From Sphyrna mokarran (Eukaryota), in assembly GCA_024679065.1 (NCBI GenBank), contig JAGIQG010000009.1:30566001-30630000 (forward strand): a DNA stretch of 64,000 nt, in the 5' to 3' direction. This document shows positions 1 through 10,762 of this stretch, piece after piece. Position numbers and translations under genes: made by a program. The notes under the pieces are model-generated. The model worked only from the letters and a program-made list of their open reading frames with translations, made no database searches and was not told the DNA's origin. Every line of letters starts with the position of its first letter. Position 1 is the stretch's first letter.

Positions 1-25
1 TATCAGTGGCTGTATTAAGCTTCGT

Positions 26-760
26 CGTAAGAAGCCTGACAACAGCAGGTTTAAATCCAACCCATTTATTTGATAGTAAACTCGCAAGCTTTCAACCCTA
101 TGGTCTTCGTCAGGTGAATGAGGTGTTCTGGTCTCCAACAGCACACATACCAACACAAACTGTTTACAGATTACTGATTAGAATGCGAATCTTTACACCT
201 AACCTGCTATTCAAGTCTTAAAGTGGCTAACAATGTGAGTGGAAGGAGCACTGAGTTCAAGTTAGAGAGATGTGTATTGTCTCCAGACAACACAGTAAGT
301 GAGGTTTTTTGCTAACCCAAGCAAGTCATGGGGGTTACAGATAGTGTCACATGAAGCCAAGATCCTGTTAAGACCGTCCTCATGTGTGCGGAACTTGGCT
401 ATCAGTCTCTGCTCAGCGGCTCTGCACTGTCGTGTGTCGTGAAGGCCTCCTTGAAGAACATTTACCTGAAGGTCGGAGGCCGAATGCCTGTGATCGCTGA
501 AGTGTTCGCCAACAGGAAGGGAACAGTTTTGCCTGGTGATTGTTGAGCGACGTTCATTCATTCGCTGTCGTAGTGTCTGCGTGGTCTCCCCAATGTACCA
601 TGCTTCGGGACATCCTTTCTTGCAACGTATTAGGTAAACAACGCTGGCCGAGTTGCAAGAGTATGTATTGTGTACCTGGTGAATGGTATTCTCACGTGTG
701 ATAATGTCATCCATGTCGATGATCCGGCATGTCTTGCAGAGATTGCTGTGGCAGAGTTAA
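26..760 (-). mobile_element. Penelope-like retroelement, 3' fragment (GIY-YIG endonuclease plus pseudo-LTR)
   Basis: ORF 262..714(-) has VVYLIRC...WYIGET...LRQRMNE.R...VGEHF...H...EQRLI.KF.T...GLN, the PLE GIY-YIG signature. The downstream UTR carries a hammerhead core and AATAAA. Confidence 0.9.
81..120 (-). ncRNA. Minimal type I hammerhead ribozyme (PLE-associated)
   Basis: Minus strand reads TTCAC-CTGACGA-AGACC-ATAG-GGTT-GAAA-GC-TT-GCGAG: CUGANGA and GAAA boxes, a short stem II and an AGCU palindrome in place of stem III. Confidence 0.75.
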
Positions 761-864
761 GTTTTGTCAACATAGCAATACCACAACTGACATTATGGGA
801 GCTGTTGGACAACAAAATCATGTTTAGTTTCGTTCATGTTTTCTTCTCATGCAAAGTTTACTTT

Positions 865-1215
865 TCATTCTTTCATGGCATGTGGATGTTTCTGGCTCTA
901 CCAGCTTTTGTTATGTACACTTAATTGCCCTTGAGAAGGTGTGATGAGATGCTTTCTTGAACAATTGCTATCATGTGGTGTAGGTATGCCCAGGGTGCTG
1001 ATAGGGAGGAATTTCCAGGACTTTAATTCAGCCACAGTGAAGGAATGGCAATACAGTTCCAAGTCTAGATGGTGTGCGGCTTAGAGGGGAATTTGCAGTC
1101 TGTGGTGTTCTCATCCACATTCAAGATATTTGAGGTCATGGATTGGAAGGATGTCAAAGGAGACTTGATGAGCTACTACATCTTCTAGGTGGCATACACT
1201 GTTACCATTGTGTTA
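865..1215 (-). mobile_element. CR1-group LINE 3' fragment (WQVTFAPHKCQ lineage)
   Basis: Similar to 34503-34880 (ttcattc..tggg....gccagc.tttattg...aattgcccttgagaaggtg; gaaggaatggcaata..ttccaagtc.ggatggtg). Confidence 0.7.
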
Positions 1216-1244
1216 GTTAAACCTTACTTGTGACTAATAAATAA

Positions 1245-1705
1245 ATGTACTGCTGCCTCACAATGCCAGGGACCCAGGTTCAACTCTGGCCTCGGATCAC
1301 AGTCTGTGCGGAGTTTGCACATTCTCTTTGTGTATGCGTCGGTTTCCTCCAGGTGCTCCAGTTTCCTCCTGCAATCCAAAGGTGGGTGAGTTTGGTATGA
1401 CAGGCCATGATAAGTTTGCATGGTGGCACTGCTGCTTTACAGCACCAGGTTCAATTCTAGTTTCCGGTGATTGTCTGTGTGGAATTTGCATGTTGTCCCT
1501 CAGTCTGAGTGGATTTCCTTCCGGTGTTCCAGGTTCATCCCACAATCTAAAGATTGTGTGGATTGGCCATGCTAAATTGCCCCTTAGTATTGGATGGATT
1601 AGCAGGATAAATATGTGAGGTTACGGTGTGGGGCCTGGATGAGATTGTTGTTGACGAAGGCTTGGTAGCTAAATGGCTTCCTTCTGCACTGTGGGGATTC
1701 TATGA
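1245..1705 (+). mobile_element. HE1-like V-SINE, two partial copies in tandem
   Basis: tRNA-like head (ctgctgcctcac..gccagggacccaggttcaa), V-domain (gtctgtgcggagtttgcacattctc...gtttcctcc) present twice, and CR1-type tail ctgtggggattctatg. Confidence 0.85.
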
Positions 1706-2109
1706 TATATTGTTGAAAATATTTAAATTGGTCTTTACCTATGATACAAAATAGGCTCAGGCCAGACTTGTCTGTTTTGCCACATTTAGATGAGGGAATT
1801 TCTGCTCCCATTTTTGACAGACAAGATTGGTGACAGGTGAGAATTCTGCAAGAGGCATGAAATGAGAATCTCAACTTTTCAACATTGGGATTCCAAATAG
1901 AATACATTTACTTTTGATTATCTGGCCTCTACACTCCCTCCCCCTCAACAATTACATAATCCATTCACAGTTGGTCTCCCACAGAATGCACCTGTTGAGC
2001 AGAACCCACTAGAGGAATTTAGGGTGAGTGCATCGCTCAGGAGAATAGAGTCATGCCTGGACACTGTCCCAAGCACTGCCCCTCTAGCACCACTCAGGTA
2101 GTAAGATTT

Positions 2110-2286
2110 GCATTCTAGAAAGATACACATTCTTATCAGTAATCTGTAAACTGTCTGAGCTGTTACATGTGCTGTCTGAGACCAGAACACCTCATTCACC
2201 TGACGAAAAGGGTAACCTCGAAAGATTGTGAGTTTACTGTCAAATAAATCGATTGGACTTAAACCTATGTTGCCAGACTTCTTACC
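2110..2286 (+). mobile_element. Penelope pseudo-LTR fragment with hammerhead core
   Basis: Inverted copy of about 26-200. TTCAC-CTGACGA-AAAGG-GTAA-CCTC-GAAA-GA-TT-GTGAG at 2195-2232, followed by AATAAA. Confidence 0.8.
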
Positions 2287-2459
2287 ATTCAGGCAGTGTC
2301 AGGGGCCAGTTCCCAGCAGTACAGGGCAGTGTTGGGGAGGTGCACTGTGGGAGAATGTTCTGTGGGATTGGGGACAGGTTCTATTCTTATTTTTTTGAAT
2401 TGGGACGCACTTTAAAAACAGCACCCCAATCTTTAAGAGATTAAGTTGTTAGCGGGGCA

Positions 2460-3600
2460 TGTCATGTATGCATATGATATATGGGGTTTGAGATATGGGT
2501 CAGGTGATTCCTGGCGTTTGCTACAAAGAAATCTGTTGGACTTTAACGTGGTGTTGTGAGATCTTTTACTTTTTTTGCTCTCCCCATTGTGGGACCCTGT
2601 TGGGCAGTCTTAGACCTGACTGTGAATGAATGCACACCTTCAATAAACAACTCCGTTATTGAAGTATTCAAGCTGACTTCATGATTTTTTACGTCCCTTA
2701 GACCATGAGAACATATATAATAACAAGGTGATAGAATCATAGAACCCTACCGTTCAGAAAGAGGCCAATTGGCCCATCGAGTCTGCATCTATCACAATCC
2801 CACCCAGGCCTTACCCCCATATCTGTACATATTTATCTGCTAATCCCTCTAACCTACTCATTTCAGAACACTAAACAGCAATTTTAACATGACCAATCAA
2901 CCTAACACGCGCATCTTCGGATTGTGGGAGGAGACCAGAGCACCGAGAGGAAACCCATGCAGATACAAGGAGAATGTGCAAACTCCACATAGACAGTGAC
3001 CCATGCTGAGATAGAACCTTAGGTCCCTGGAGCTGTGAAGCAGCAGTACTAACCACTGTGCTACCATGCTGCCCTGTCTGGTTTATGGTAGTTTACACAT
3101 TCTGCTGGCATTCTATTGTAGTAAAAGGGGAGAAGATCAAGGATTGGCCTGAGACTTTGAAGAATGGCGCTGGAAAAAGAACCCACAGCTTGGTAACCTC
3201 GTAAAAAACTGGTAGGAGTGTTCCAACCGCGATACTTCAGTCTGAACAATCAGTTCACGGAAAGGTAGAATTTGCCTGGAAGCTGGCCAAAAACATCACA
3301 GGAAGAGTGCACCAAGGGGACTATGGTTGCAGGCAAATTATTGGCGATTACAGAAGGATGCCAAGGATGCTCAGGGGGGAGGAGACTTCAGGCCCCACGC
3401 ATTTGGCGTGAAAGCTTCCTGCTGGCAGAAAATGTCAGCCATACTCATTGTCATAGACCCTTTTGATGAAGAGACAAAGAGCTGGATACCTCTCACAGAG
3501 CACTTCAGCACTTATCTGGTGGCAAATAGTACGGCTGAGAACTTGGTTGCACTTATCTTCTTGAGCACCAAAGGGAGCAAAACCTTTGCTGTTCTGAGGC
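2460..3600 (+). mobile_element. Ty3/Gypsy (Mag-like) LTR and gag N-terminal remnant, interrupted by a SINE
   Basis: TGTCA...AATAAA...TAACA at about 2460-2724. From 3432: MSAILIVIDPFDEETKSW...EHFSTYLVAN...IFLSTKGSKTFAVLR, matching the Mag-clade gag start (PFD..E.W..Y.ER...Y..AN). Confidence 0.55.
2731..3075 (-). mobile_element. HE1-like V-SINE
   Basis: Minus strand gggcagcatggtagcacagtggttagtactgctgcttcacagc head, V-domain and (TTCTATG)n tail. Confidence 0.9.
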
Positions 3601-3724
3601 CACTGTGGGGATTGACAACTTTAATGCCATTTTTCCAGCCCACTGCAACATTCTGCCAAAAATTGGAAAAACTCCGCCCAATTTTTTTTAATCATTGGCT
3701 TCCCAGACTCACTGGATTGTTTCA

Positions 3725-4155
3725 ATACAGAAGAGAACCATTCAGCCCATCGGGTCTGCATCAACTCACCAATGAGCAATTAATCAATCCTACAACCCTC
3801 CCACCCCATCTACCCAAAATCTTGCATATTTACAGATAACAGTTTAGTTTCCCTTTGGATGTCCCAGTTGAACCTACTTTTAGTACGCTGTTAATCAGTG
3901 CGTTGCAGACACTTAAGCCCTTGCTGTTTTTCTCACCGTGTTCTTGCTTTTTTTGACAATTACTTCAAACGTGTGCCCTCTCGTTCTTGATCCTTTCACA
4001 CATGGGAACAGTTCCTCCCTATCTACTCTGTCTGAACCCTACTTTAGATTTAGAATACCTCTTCAAATCTCCTCTCGACTTCAAGGAAAATCGTCCAACT
4101 CTCCAATCCATCCTGATAACTGAAATTCCTAATCTCAGGAACTAGTTGCAAGAAT
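3725..4155 (-). mobile_element. CR1 LINE 3' fragment, degenerate
   Basis: Minus strand encodes remnants of TRGH.F.VI and ends in the gggctgaatgg 3' UTR hairpin motif. Confidence 0.6.
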
Positions 4156-4302
4156 GCTTGGTCTGAATAACTTATCAGAGAGGCCTGACATTGCAGATCA
4201 ATGGAGGAAGTAATATTGGATTGCTGGGTTTGTGATGAGAGGTATTCCCACCTAGGATTCAAGTGATCTTTCTGAATATCTTTTCAGGGGATAGGTTAAC
4301 TG

Positions 4303-4603
4303 GCTGCAACTCAATGGTTAGCACTGCTGCCTCACAGCACCCGGGATCTGACTTCAATTCTGGCCTCGGGTCACTATCTGTGTGGAATCATCACATTCTC
4401 CTGTGTTTGTGCGTGTTTCCTCCAGGTGCTCTGGTTTCCTCATGTGCTCCAAAGATGTGCAGGTTAAGTTGATTGACCATGTACAATTATCCTTTAATGT
4501 CAGGGAGATTATGGGAATAGGACTCGAATGGGATTGTGGTCAGTACAGACTTGATGGGCCAAATGGCTTCTTTCTGCATTGTAGGGATTCTATGAATCTA
4601 TGA
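4303..4603 (+). mobile_element. HE1-like V-SINE
   Basis: ggttagcactgctgcctcacagcaccc head, V-domain, tail gtagggattctatgaatctatg. Confidence 0.88.
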
Positions 4604-4879
4604 ACTCAGAAGAGTGTTTGAAGGAAAGATGAACACTAGGTTTGGGGTGGAGAGGGAAGGATGTGATGTGATGGGGAGTGGTAGGGGCTTGAAATTATTC
4701 ATGTCATTTCCCTAGATCAAGTCTTCAAGATACTTGGTCAACTGAAGAAAGTTTTAAAGTATCCACATGATTTTCAAATCAAAGGAAAAGTTTAAAGTTG
4801 AGGGTACTTAATTTGCACTTGATCTGGGAGTAGGCCTTGTATGTATTATACATTGCCATGGGGATTGGTTATTCATACA

Positions 4880-6115
4880 AATTAGGAGCAGGTTAGAATT
4901 TGCTCCCTTGAATCTTCTCCACCATTCAATAGGATCATGGTTGATCTGATTTTCAGCTCAACATTACATTCAGCCCATCCCAATAACCTTTCACTCTCTT
5001 CACTTCTGCCTTAGATGTATTCGTTCACACTGCCTTCATTGCTCTCCAGTGAAGAGACTTTCAAAGGTTCACAATCCTCAGAGAGAAAAAAATTGTCTCA
5101 TCACTGTTTTAAATAAGAGATCTTTTATCTTTAAATTGTGGCCCTTGGTTCAAGTCTCTCCTATAAGGGGAAACATTAATTGGAGCATCTAACCTGTCAA
5201 GTCTCCTCACAATCTTATGTATTTCAAAAAATCATTCTCATTTTTCCAAACTTCAATGGATACAGGCCCCGACTATCCAACCTTTCTTCATAAGATAACC
5301 CAAACCCCAAACCCAGGGATCAGTTGGTTGAACAACTGCTTCTAATACATTCATGTCCTTTCTTAAACAAAGAGAAGTACACACAGCACTCCAAATATGG
5401 TCTCATCAATGTCCTGTACAGCAAAACATCCCTACTTCTAAATCCATTCTCCTTACAATAAGCAACAACGTTCAATTTGGCTTCCTAATTTTGCTGCACC
5501 TGCGTACTAACTTTTCCTGATTCACATACCAGAATGCCGCTGAACCTCAAATTTCTGCAATCTCACTTCATTTAAATAATATGCTGCTTTTCTATTTTGC
5601 CTGCCCAAGTAGTCAGGTTCACATTTTGCCACATAATATTGATATTTTTATATAGCATCTTATAAATTTATGCCCACTCACTTCATCTATCTATACCCAT
5701 TTACCCTAATATCCTCTTCACAACTTACTTTCCTACCTATCTTTGTGTCGTTGGAAAATTTAGCAACCATACCTTCATCTAAGTCATTGATATATATTGC
5801 ACATAGTTGAGGACGCAATACTAATTTCTGTGACACATCACACATCATATCTTGCTAACCTAAAAACAATCCTGTTTCCTGTTTGCTAGTTAACCCTTGA
5901 TCCATACTAATAATTTACTCTTACACTATAAGCTCTTATTTTGTGTAGTATCCTTTGATGTGGCACTATGTCAAGTAAGTGCCTCCTGAAAATCTAAATA
6001 CAGCACAACCTCAGGTTCCTCTTTGTTATTTATTACTTGCTCAAAAATCTCCAATAAATCAGTCAAACATATTTCCCTTTCGCAAAACCACCTTGACTGT
6101 GCCTGATTGCATTGA
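4880..6115 (-). mobile_element. CR1 LINE RT/3' fragment, degenerate
   Basis: Minus strand: CLTDLLEIFEQV...VLYLDFQEA (ORF 5971..6165), remnants of KF.DDTK and RPHLE.C, and the CR1 3' UTR. Confidence 0.85.
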
Positions 6116-6159
6116 TCTTTGGCATGGCCCCACAAAGAAGACAGATCGAGAAGATAAGT

Positions 6160-6308
6160 GCTCATGGGCTCCAGAGCAATTTACAAATCAGATCCAAAAC
6201 TCACCTGACGAAGGGGCAGAGCCCCAAAAGCTTGTGGCATTTGCTACCAAATGAATCTGTTGGACTTTAACAATTTTTTTCTCTCTGAAAGTTGTGAGAC
6301 TTCTTACT
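6160..6308 (+). mobile_element. Penelope pseudo-LTR fragment with inactivated hammerhead
   Basis: TCAC-CTGACGA-AGGGGC-AGA-GCCCC-AAAA-GC-TT-GTG at 6201-6236 (GAAA has become AAAA), then ctgttggactttaa...gttgtgagacttcttact. Confidence 0.7.
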
Positions 6309-6309
6309 T

Positions 6310-7480
6310 TGTGGCAGAAGGCAGAGAGTGATGGTCACAGACTGTTTTTGTGACTGGAAGCTTGTGTCAGGTAGTGTATTGCAGGTGCTGAGTCCCTTGC
6401 TGTTCGTGGTGTACATTAATGATCTGGATGTGAACATGGGAGATATTACCACTATGATGTGTGATAAATAGCATGGGGGCAAGCCCTAAATTACAGGATG
6501 ATATAGAAAGGCTGGTCAGATGGCAGAACAATAGTAAATGAAATTTAACTCTGAAAAATGTGAGCTGATGTATTTTGGAAAAACTAACAACCATGCAAAT
6601 ATACAATGAATGGTAAAATGCTAGGAAGCACAGAGAACGAGAGGGACCTTGGAAATGTATGTCCAGAGATCCCTGAATGCAGCAGGACAGGGTAGATAAG
6701 GTGATAAGAAGACTTGTGAAGTACTTGCCTTTATTAGCATGGTATAGAATATAAGGGCAGAGAGGTTATGATGGACCTGTATAAAATGCTCGTTAAGTCA
6801 CAGTGATGGAATTATGTATAGTTCTGGTCATCACGCTTTAGAAAGGATGTGATTGCTCTAGGGATGGTGCAGAGGAAATTCACCAGGATGTTGCTCGACA
6901 TATTTCAACAATGAAGAGAGGCTGGATAGGCTGGTACTGTTTTCCTTAGAGCAAAGAAGACTGATGAAGGGACATGATTGAGGTGGACAAAATTATGAGA
7001 GACATGGGCCGGAATTCTTCAGCCATTCATGCCGCACCAAGCTGCTAGTGTGGACAGAGAACTTGATGCTCAGGCAAATCCCTATAAACTGTAGCGGAAC
7101 CAGAGAATCCGGCTGGTGTGAATGGCTGAAGAATTCCAGCTATGGATAGGGTAGATAGAAAGGAACATTTCCCCAAAATAAAGGGATCAATAGTGAGGGG
7201 GGCATAGATTTAAGGCAAAGGACAGGAGATTAAAAAAAGGTTTGAGGAAAATCTTTTTCACCCAGAGAGTAGTGGGAATCTAAAAACCACTGCTTGAAAG
7301 GATGGAAGAGGCAGGAACCCTCACAACATCTAAGAAGCATTTATATGAGTACTTGAAATATCATAGCATAAAAGGCTATGGAGCAAGTGCTGGAAAATGG
7401 GATAATAATAAATAAGTGCTTGATGGCTGGTGTAGACACGGGCCAAATGATTTCATTTTGTGTTACAAAACTCTATGAAA
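6310..7480 (+). mobile_element. CR1 LINE RT/3' fragment, degenerate, containing a MITE
   Basis: VL.PLLFVVYINDLD, MKFNSEKCE, QRKFTRML and FFTQRVVGI remnants. Confidence 0.85.
7007..7141. mobile_element. Harbinger-type MITE
   Basis: Terminal inverted repeats gccggaattcttcagccattca / tgaatggctgaagaattccagc. It interrupts the CR1 sequence at gagacat|...|atggataggg. Confidence 0.8.
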
Positions 7481-7487
7481 TGCTCTA

Positions 7488-8340
7488 CGGCCTTTAATGC
7501 ACCCCTCAGCATGTAGTCCTGGACTGTGGAATGTGCCAGTCTGTCACACTTTGCACGAAAAGACTCAGAAGTTTCAGGCAGACCAAAGAGTATCTTTCAT
7601 CGAGTTGATGATTCTCTAGCTAAAGCTGATGTTTGTCTCAGTGGGCGTCCTTCAGAACAGCCCTTAGAGCACACAGTCCTGCATCACAGAATTGCTTAGG
7701 ATGAACCTTAGCATTTCATCACTTTCCAGATCGGCTTTGCAAAAGCACATTCCACAAGGAGGTGTGTCAGTGATCCCTCCCCCGCCTCAAGGGCAATGTG
7801 TGGATACGTGTGACTTGCAGTGTATTGGAAGGATCTTATGAGTAGAGCCTTTCTCACCACCAATCAAACTATGCTTTGCTGCTGGTTTGAAAGTTTTGGA
7901 GATGAGATATTCTGCCAAATGATGATGAAAGTCTGTTCAGGGAATCATGCGACAGGATCCACCATCTCCTTTTCCTGCAGGACCTTGAGGAAATTATGTG
8001 CAGAGCACCACCTGATGGATTTGTGGTCGAAGGTGTTTCTCTACATATCTTTTTCTACAAGGGAAAGGGAAGTGATACAGCAGAGTTAAATTACTTTGGT
8101 GTCATGACAATCTTGCCAGCCAACTCCACTTGGTCTGAAGGTCACAAATGGTCTATGTTTACAGGGATATGATGTACAAACCTCGGGATAAAGGAGGAAA
8201 AGCTATGCTAACATCATTCTTTGCCTGATGGCCATCTTATGTGTCATTAAACTGATATTAGACTCTTGCTAACAAACACTGAGTGTTGAGTTCTACCTGT
8301 CCCTGGTGTTATAAAAGATGGGCATGGCTATATTGCCATG
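7488..8340 (-). mobile_element. L1/Tx1-clade LINE ORF2 C-terminal fragment with inverted 5' segment
   Basis: Minus 8060-7488: NTFDHKSIR...LQEKEMVDPV..FPEQT...IWQNISSP...HLLVECAFAK.IW...IINSMKDTLWSA...LAHSTVQDYMLR. Plus 8090-8340: RDMMYKP.DKGGK...FYLSLVL..MG. Confidence 0.8.
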
Positions 8341-8791
8341 AAATATTTATATGTAAAGATATATTTTTATAGATATAGAATCTGAAAAACACTACATTTC
8401 CAATTATTATAACAGTGAAGAACGATGAAATTTACATTTTCTCCAGAGATCTGATGTATTTGAGGTGCTTCAGTTCAGTAATGTGAATATTCCGTTTATT
8501 TTAATATTTTCAGTACAGCGAGCAAAATTCTTTACAAACTATCTACATTGGTCATGTTGCACTCTACAGGACTTCAGTAAAGTTACACACAGTTAGAATT
8601 AAGTACACAGTCAGAGGGATTTTACCTGATTACTAGCCTCTCGGTGTACATTGGTTGAAAGGGCTTACGTAGTGGCATTTTCCAATGTTGCCTTTGTGAC
8701 GATTGCCCCAATTTTGAATGCATCCCTCAGCACATAATCCTAGACTTTAGAATGTACCAGTCTGCAGTGCTATGCTATGCTGCCACAGAAT

Positions 8792-8992
8792 TAAAACAAT
8801 ACTTCATTCTTAAAGTTATAAAGTCAAAACTCAGAATGGACTGGGCAAACCCAACTCCATCCCCTTACTTGTTCAAAAACCTAAATTCAAATTCCAAGTG
8901 AATCCAAATCATGGTCTCTTCAAGAGATACAAACAAGGTCCAAGTTGATAAGATAAGGCATTGCACCTCATCTTGGGCTTGATCTGATGATA
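8792..8992 (-). mobile_element. U2 snRNA-derived retroposon, 5'-truncated copy 1
   Basis: Direct repeat of 9009-9210. Minus strand ggtttttgaacaag..ggggatggagttgggtttgcccagtccattc aligns to U2 GGATTTTTGGAGCAGGGAGATGGAATAGGAGCTTGCTCCGTCCACTC. Confidence 0.65.
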
Positions 8993-9008
8993 TTAGCTAT
9001 CACGGAAT

Positions 9009-9242
9009 TTTTCTTTTTTTTTTATTGCATCCTTAAAGTTACAAAGCCAATGCTCAGAGTAGACCTGGCAAACCCAAATCCATTCCTTATTTGCTTCAAA
9101 AACAAAATTTAAATTCCAATTGGATCCCATTCATGGGTCCCACAAGGGAGACAAACGAGATCCAAGCTGACAAGATAAGGCATTGCACCTCATCTTTGGC
9201 CTGATCTGGTGCTTGATCTGAGCCAAAAAGCCAATAAGTCTT
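9009..9242 (-). mobile_element. U2 snRNA-derived retroposon (SINEU-like), near full-length copy 2 with poly(A) tail
   Basis: 9212-9238 matches the U2 5' end at 23/27 nt. The body is collinear with U2 to about nt 158, has an A-rich tail, and is flanked by TTAGCTAYCACGGAAT at 8993-9008 and 9243-9258. Confidence 0.75.
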
Positions 9243-9272
9243 TTAGCTACCACGGAATGCTCCAAGTAGTTT

Positions 9273-9797
9273 AGAACATAGAACATAGAACACTACAGCA
9301 CAAACAGGCCCTTCGGCCCGCAAGTTGTGCCAATCATATCAGTACCTACCAGGCCATAGAACTATCTGTAACTCCCAATCCCATTAAATCCCATGTACTC
9401 ATCCAGAAATCTCTTAAAAGACCCCAGCGAGTTCGCCTCTATCACCACTGACGGCAGCCGATTCCATTCACTCACCACCCTCTGAGTGAAAAACTTACCT
9501 CTAACATCTCCTCTGTATTTGCCCCCAGCACCTTAAACCTGTGTCCTCTAGTAGCGACCATTTCAGCCCTGGGAAATAGCCTCCGAGAATCCACTCTATC
9601 TATTCCTCTCAACATCTTATAAACCTCTATCAGGTCGCCTCTCAACTTTCATCTCTCCAGGGAAAAGAGACGAAGCTCTCTCAACCTATCTTCATAAGGC
9701 ATGCCCCCTAATCCAGGCAACATCCTTGTAAATCTCCTCTGCACCGTCTCAATAGCTTCCACATCCTTCCTATAGTGAGGCGACCAGAACTGCACAT
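9273..9797 (-). mobile_element. CR1/HER1 LINE 3' end
   Basis: Minus strand VQFWSPHYRKDVEAIETVQRRFTRML...TRGHRFKV...FFTQRVV; tail (TTCTATG)n after ggccgaagggcctg. Confidence 0.92.
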
Positions 9798-10339
9798 GGT
9801 TCTCCACAGTTTGACCATACTCTCCATCTCACTCTTCCAGATGGTGGTCACCACCTCCAGATCCTCTTTTCACCTGTTTTAGAGTGGGCAGCAGAATGCT
9901 GGAATTTTTCTTGTTTTGGTAAGCTCTACTGTTCTCATAGTCTGTGTGCCAATCAGGTTGGAAGCAACTTCTGAGCCACGCAGGTAGAGATTCTGCCAGC
10001 AGCCAGTATAAGGAAGAAGGGCTGTTAGGAACTGCAGGGGTCTTTCTGATTTGGTGTCACCAGATAATGAGTTAAATGATTCCATTGTCAGGCCGGGTAA
10101 ACCCAAGTTTCCGAGGTGTTGAAGTTGCGTCAGTGGATTCACCTACTAAACGCTAGTGGGAGAATCCCAATGAAGTCATTACACTGGAAGATAACCAGGG
10201 AAAGGAGAAAATCCTTTGGGTCTACTCTGAGAGTTGGTGAAAGAGAGAATTTTAAGGGTCAATATCTATCTAAAGTCTAGTTTTATTTTCTTTAATTTAT
10301 CGTCTAAAATTGATTCCTTAAGTTAAGAGAAGGCAAAGA

Positions 10340-10640
10340 TGTAGTGGTGTTAACACTGTTTTAGTAATCTAGTGGCCCAGTGGCCCAGCATAGTATCCTG
10401 AAGATGTGGGTTCAATTCCCTCCACAGCAAATGGTGAAGTTTTAATTTTAGTTTTGGAATTAAAAGTCTAATGATGATTGTCAAACCGCTGTCAATTGTT
10501 GTAAAAAACCAATCTGCTTCACTAATGTCTTTTAGGGAAGGAAATCTACTGTCCTTACCTGGTCTGGCCTACACATGACTTCAGATCCACAGCAATATGG
10601 GTGATTCTTAAATGCCCTCAGGGATCGGCAATAAATTTGC
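10340..10640 (+). mobile_element. tRNA-derived SINE sharing its 3' tail with the WQVTFAPHK CR1 lineage
   Basis: gtagtggt...gggttcaattcc head; ttagggaaggaaatct...ccttacctggtctggcctac body; second copy at 49365-49700(-). Confidence 0.7.
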
Positions 10641-10762
10641 TCAGTACTTTTTCTCTAGTGACAGTGATTGTTTTAAAATTCTCCTTTTCAATAACCCCTG
10701 CATTAACTGTTTTCATTGGGATGATTCTCCACCAGGAAAACTGAAAGAAAATATGAATTACT

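Noticed and set aside
9009-9242. Functional U2 snRNA gene
   Set aside because: Branch-point pairing sequence GTAGTA is disrupted, 3' stem-loop is missing, and it has a poly(A) tail and TSD.
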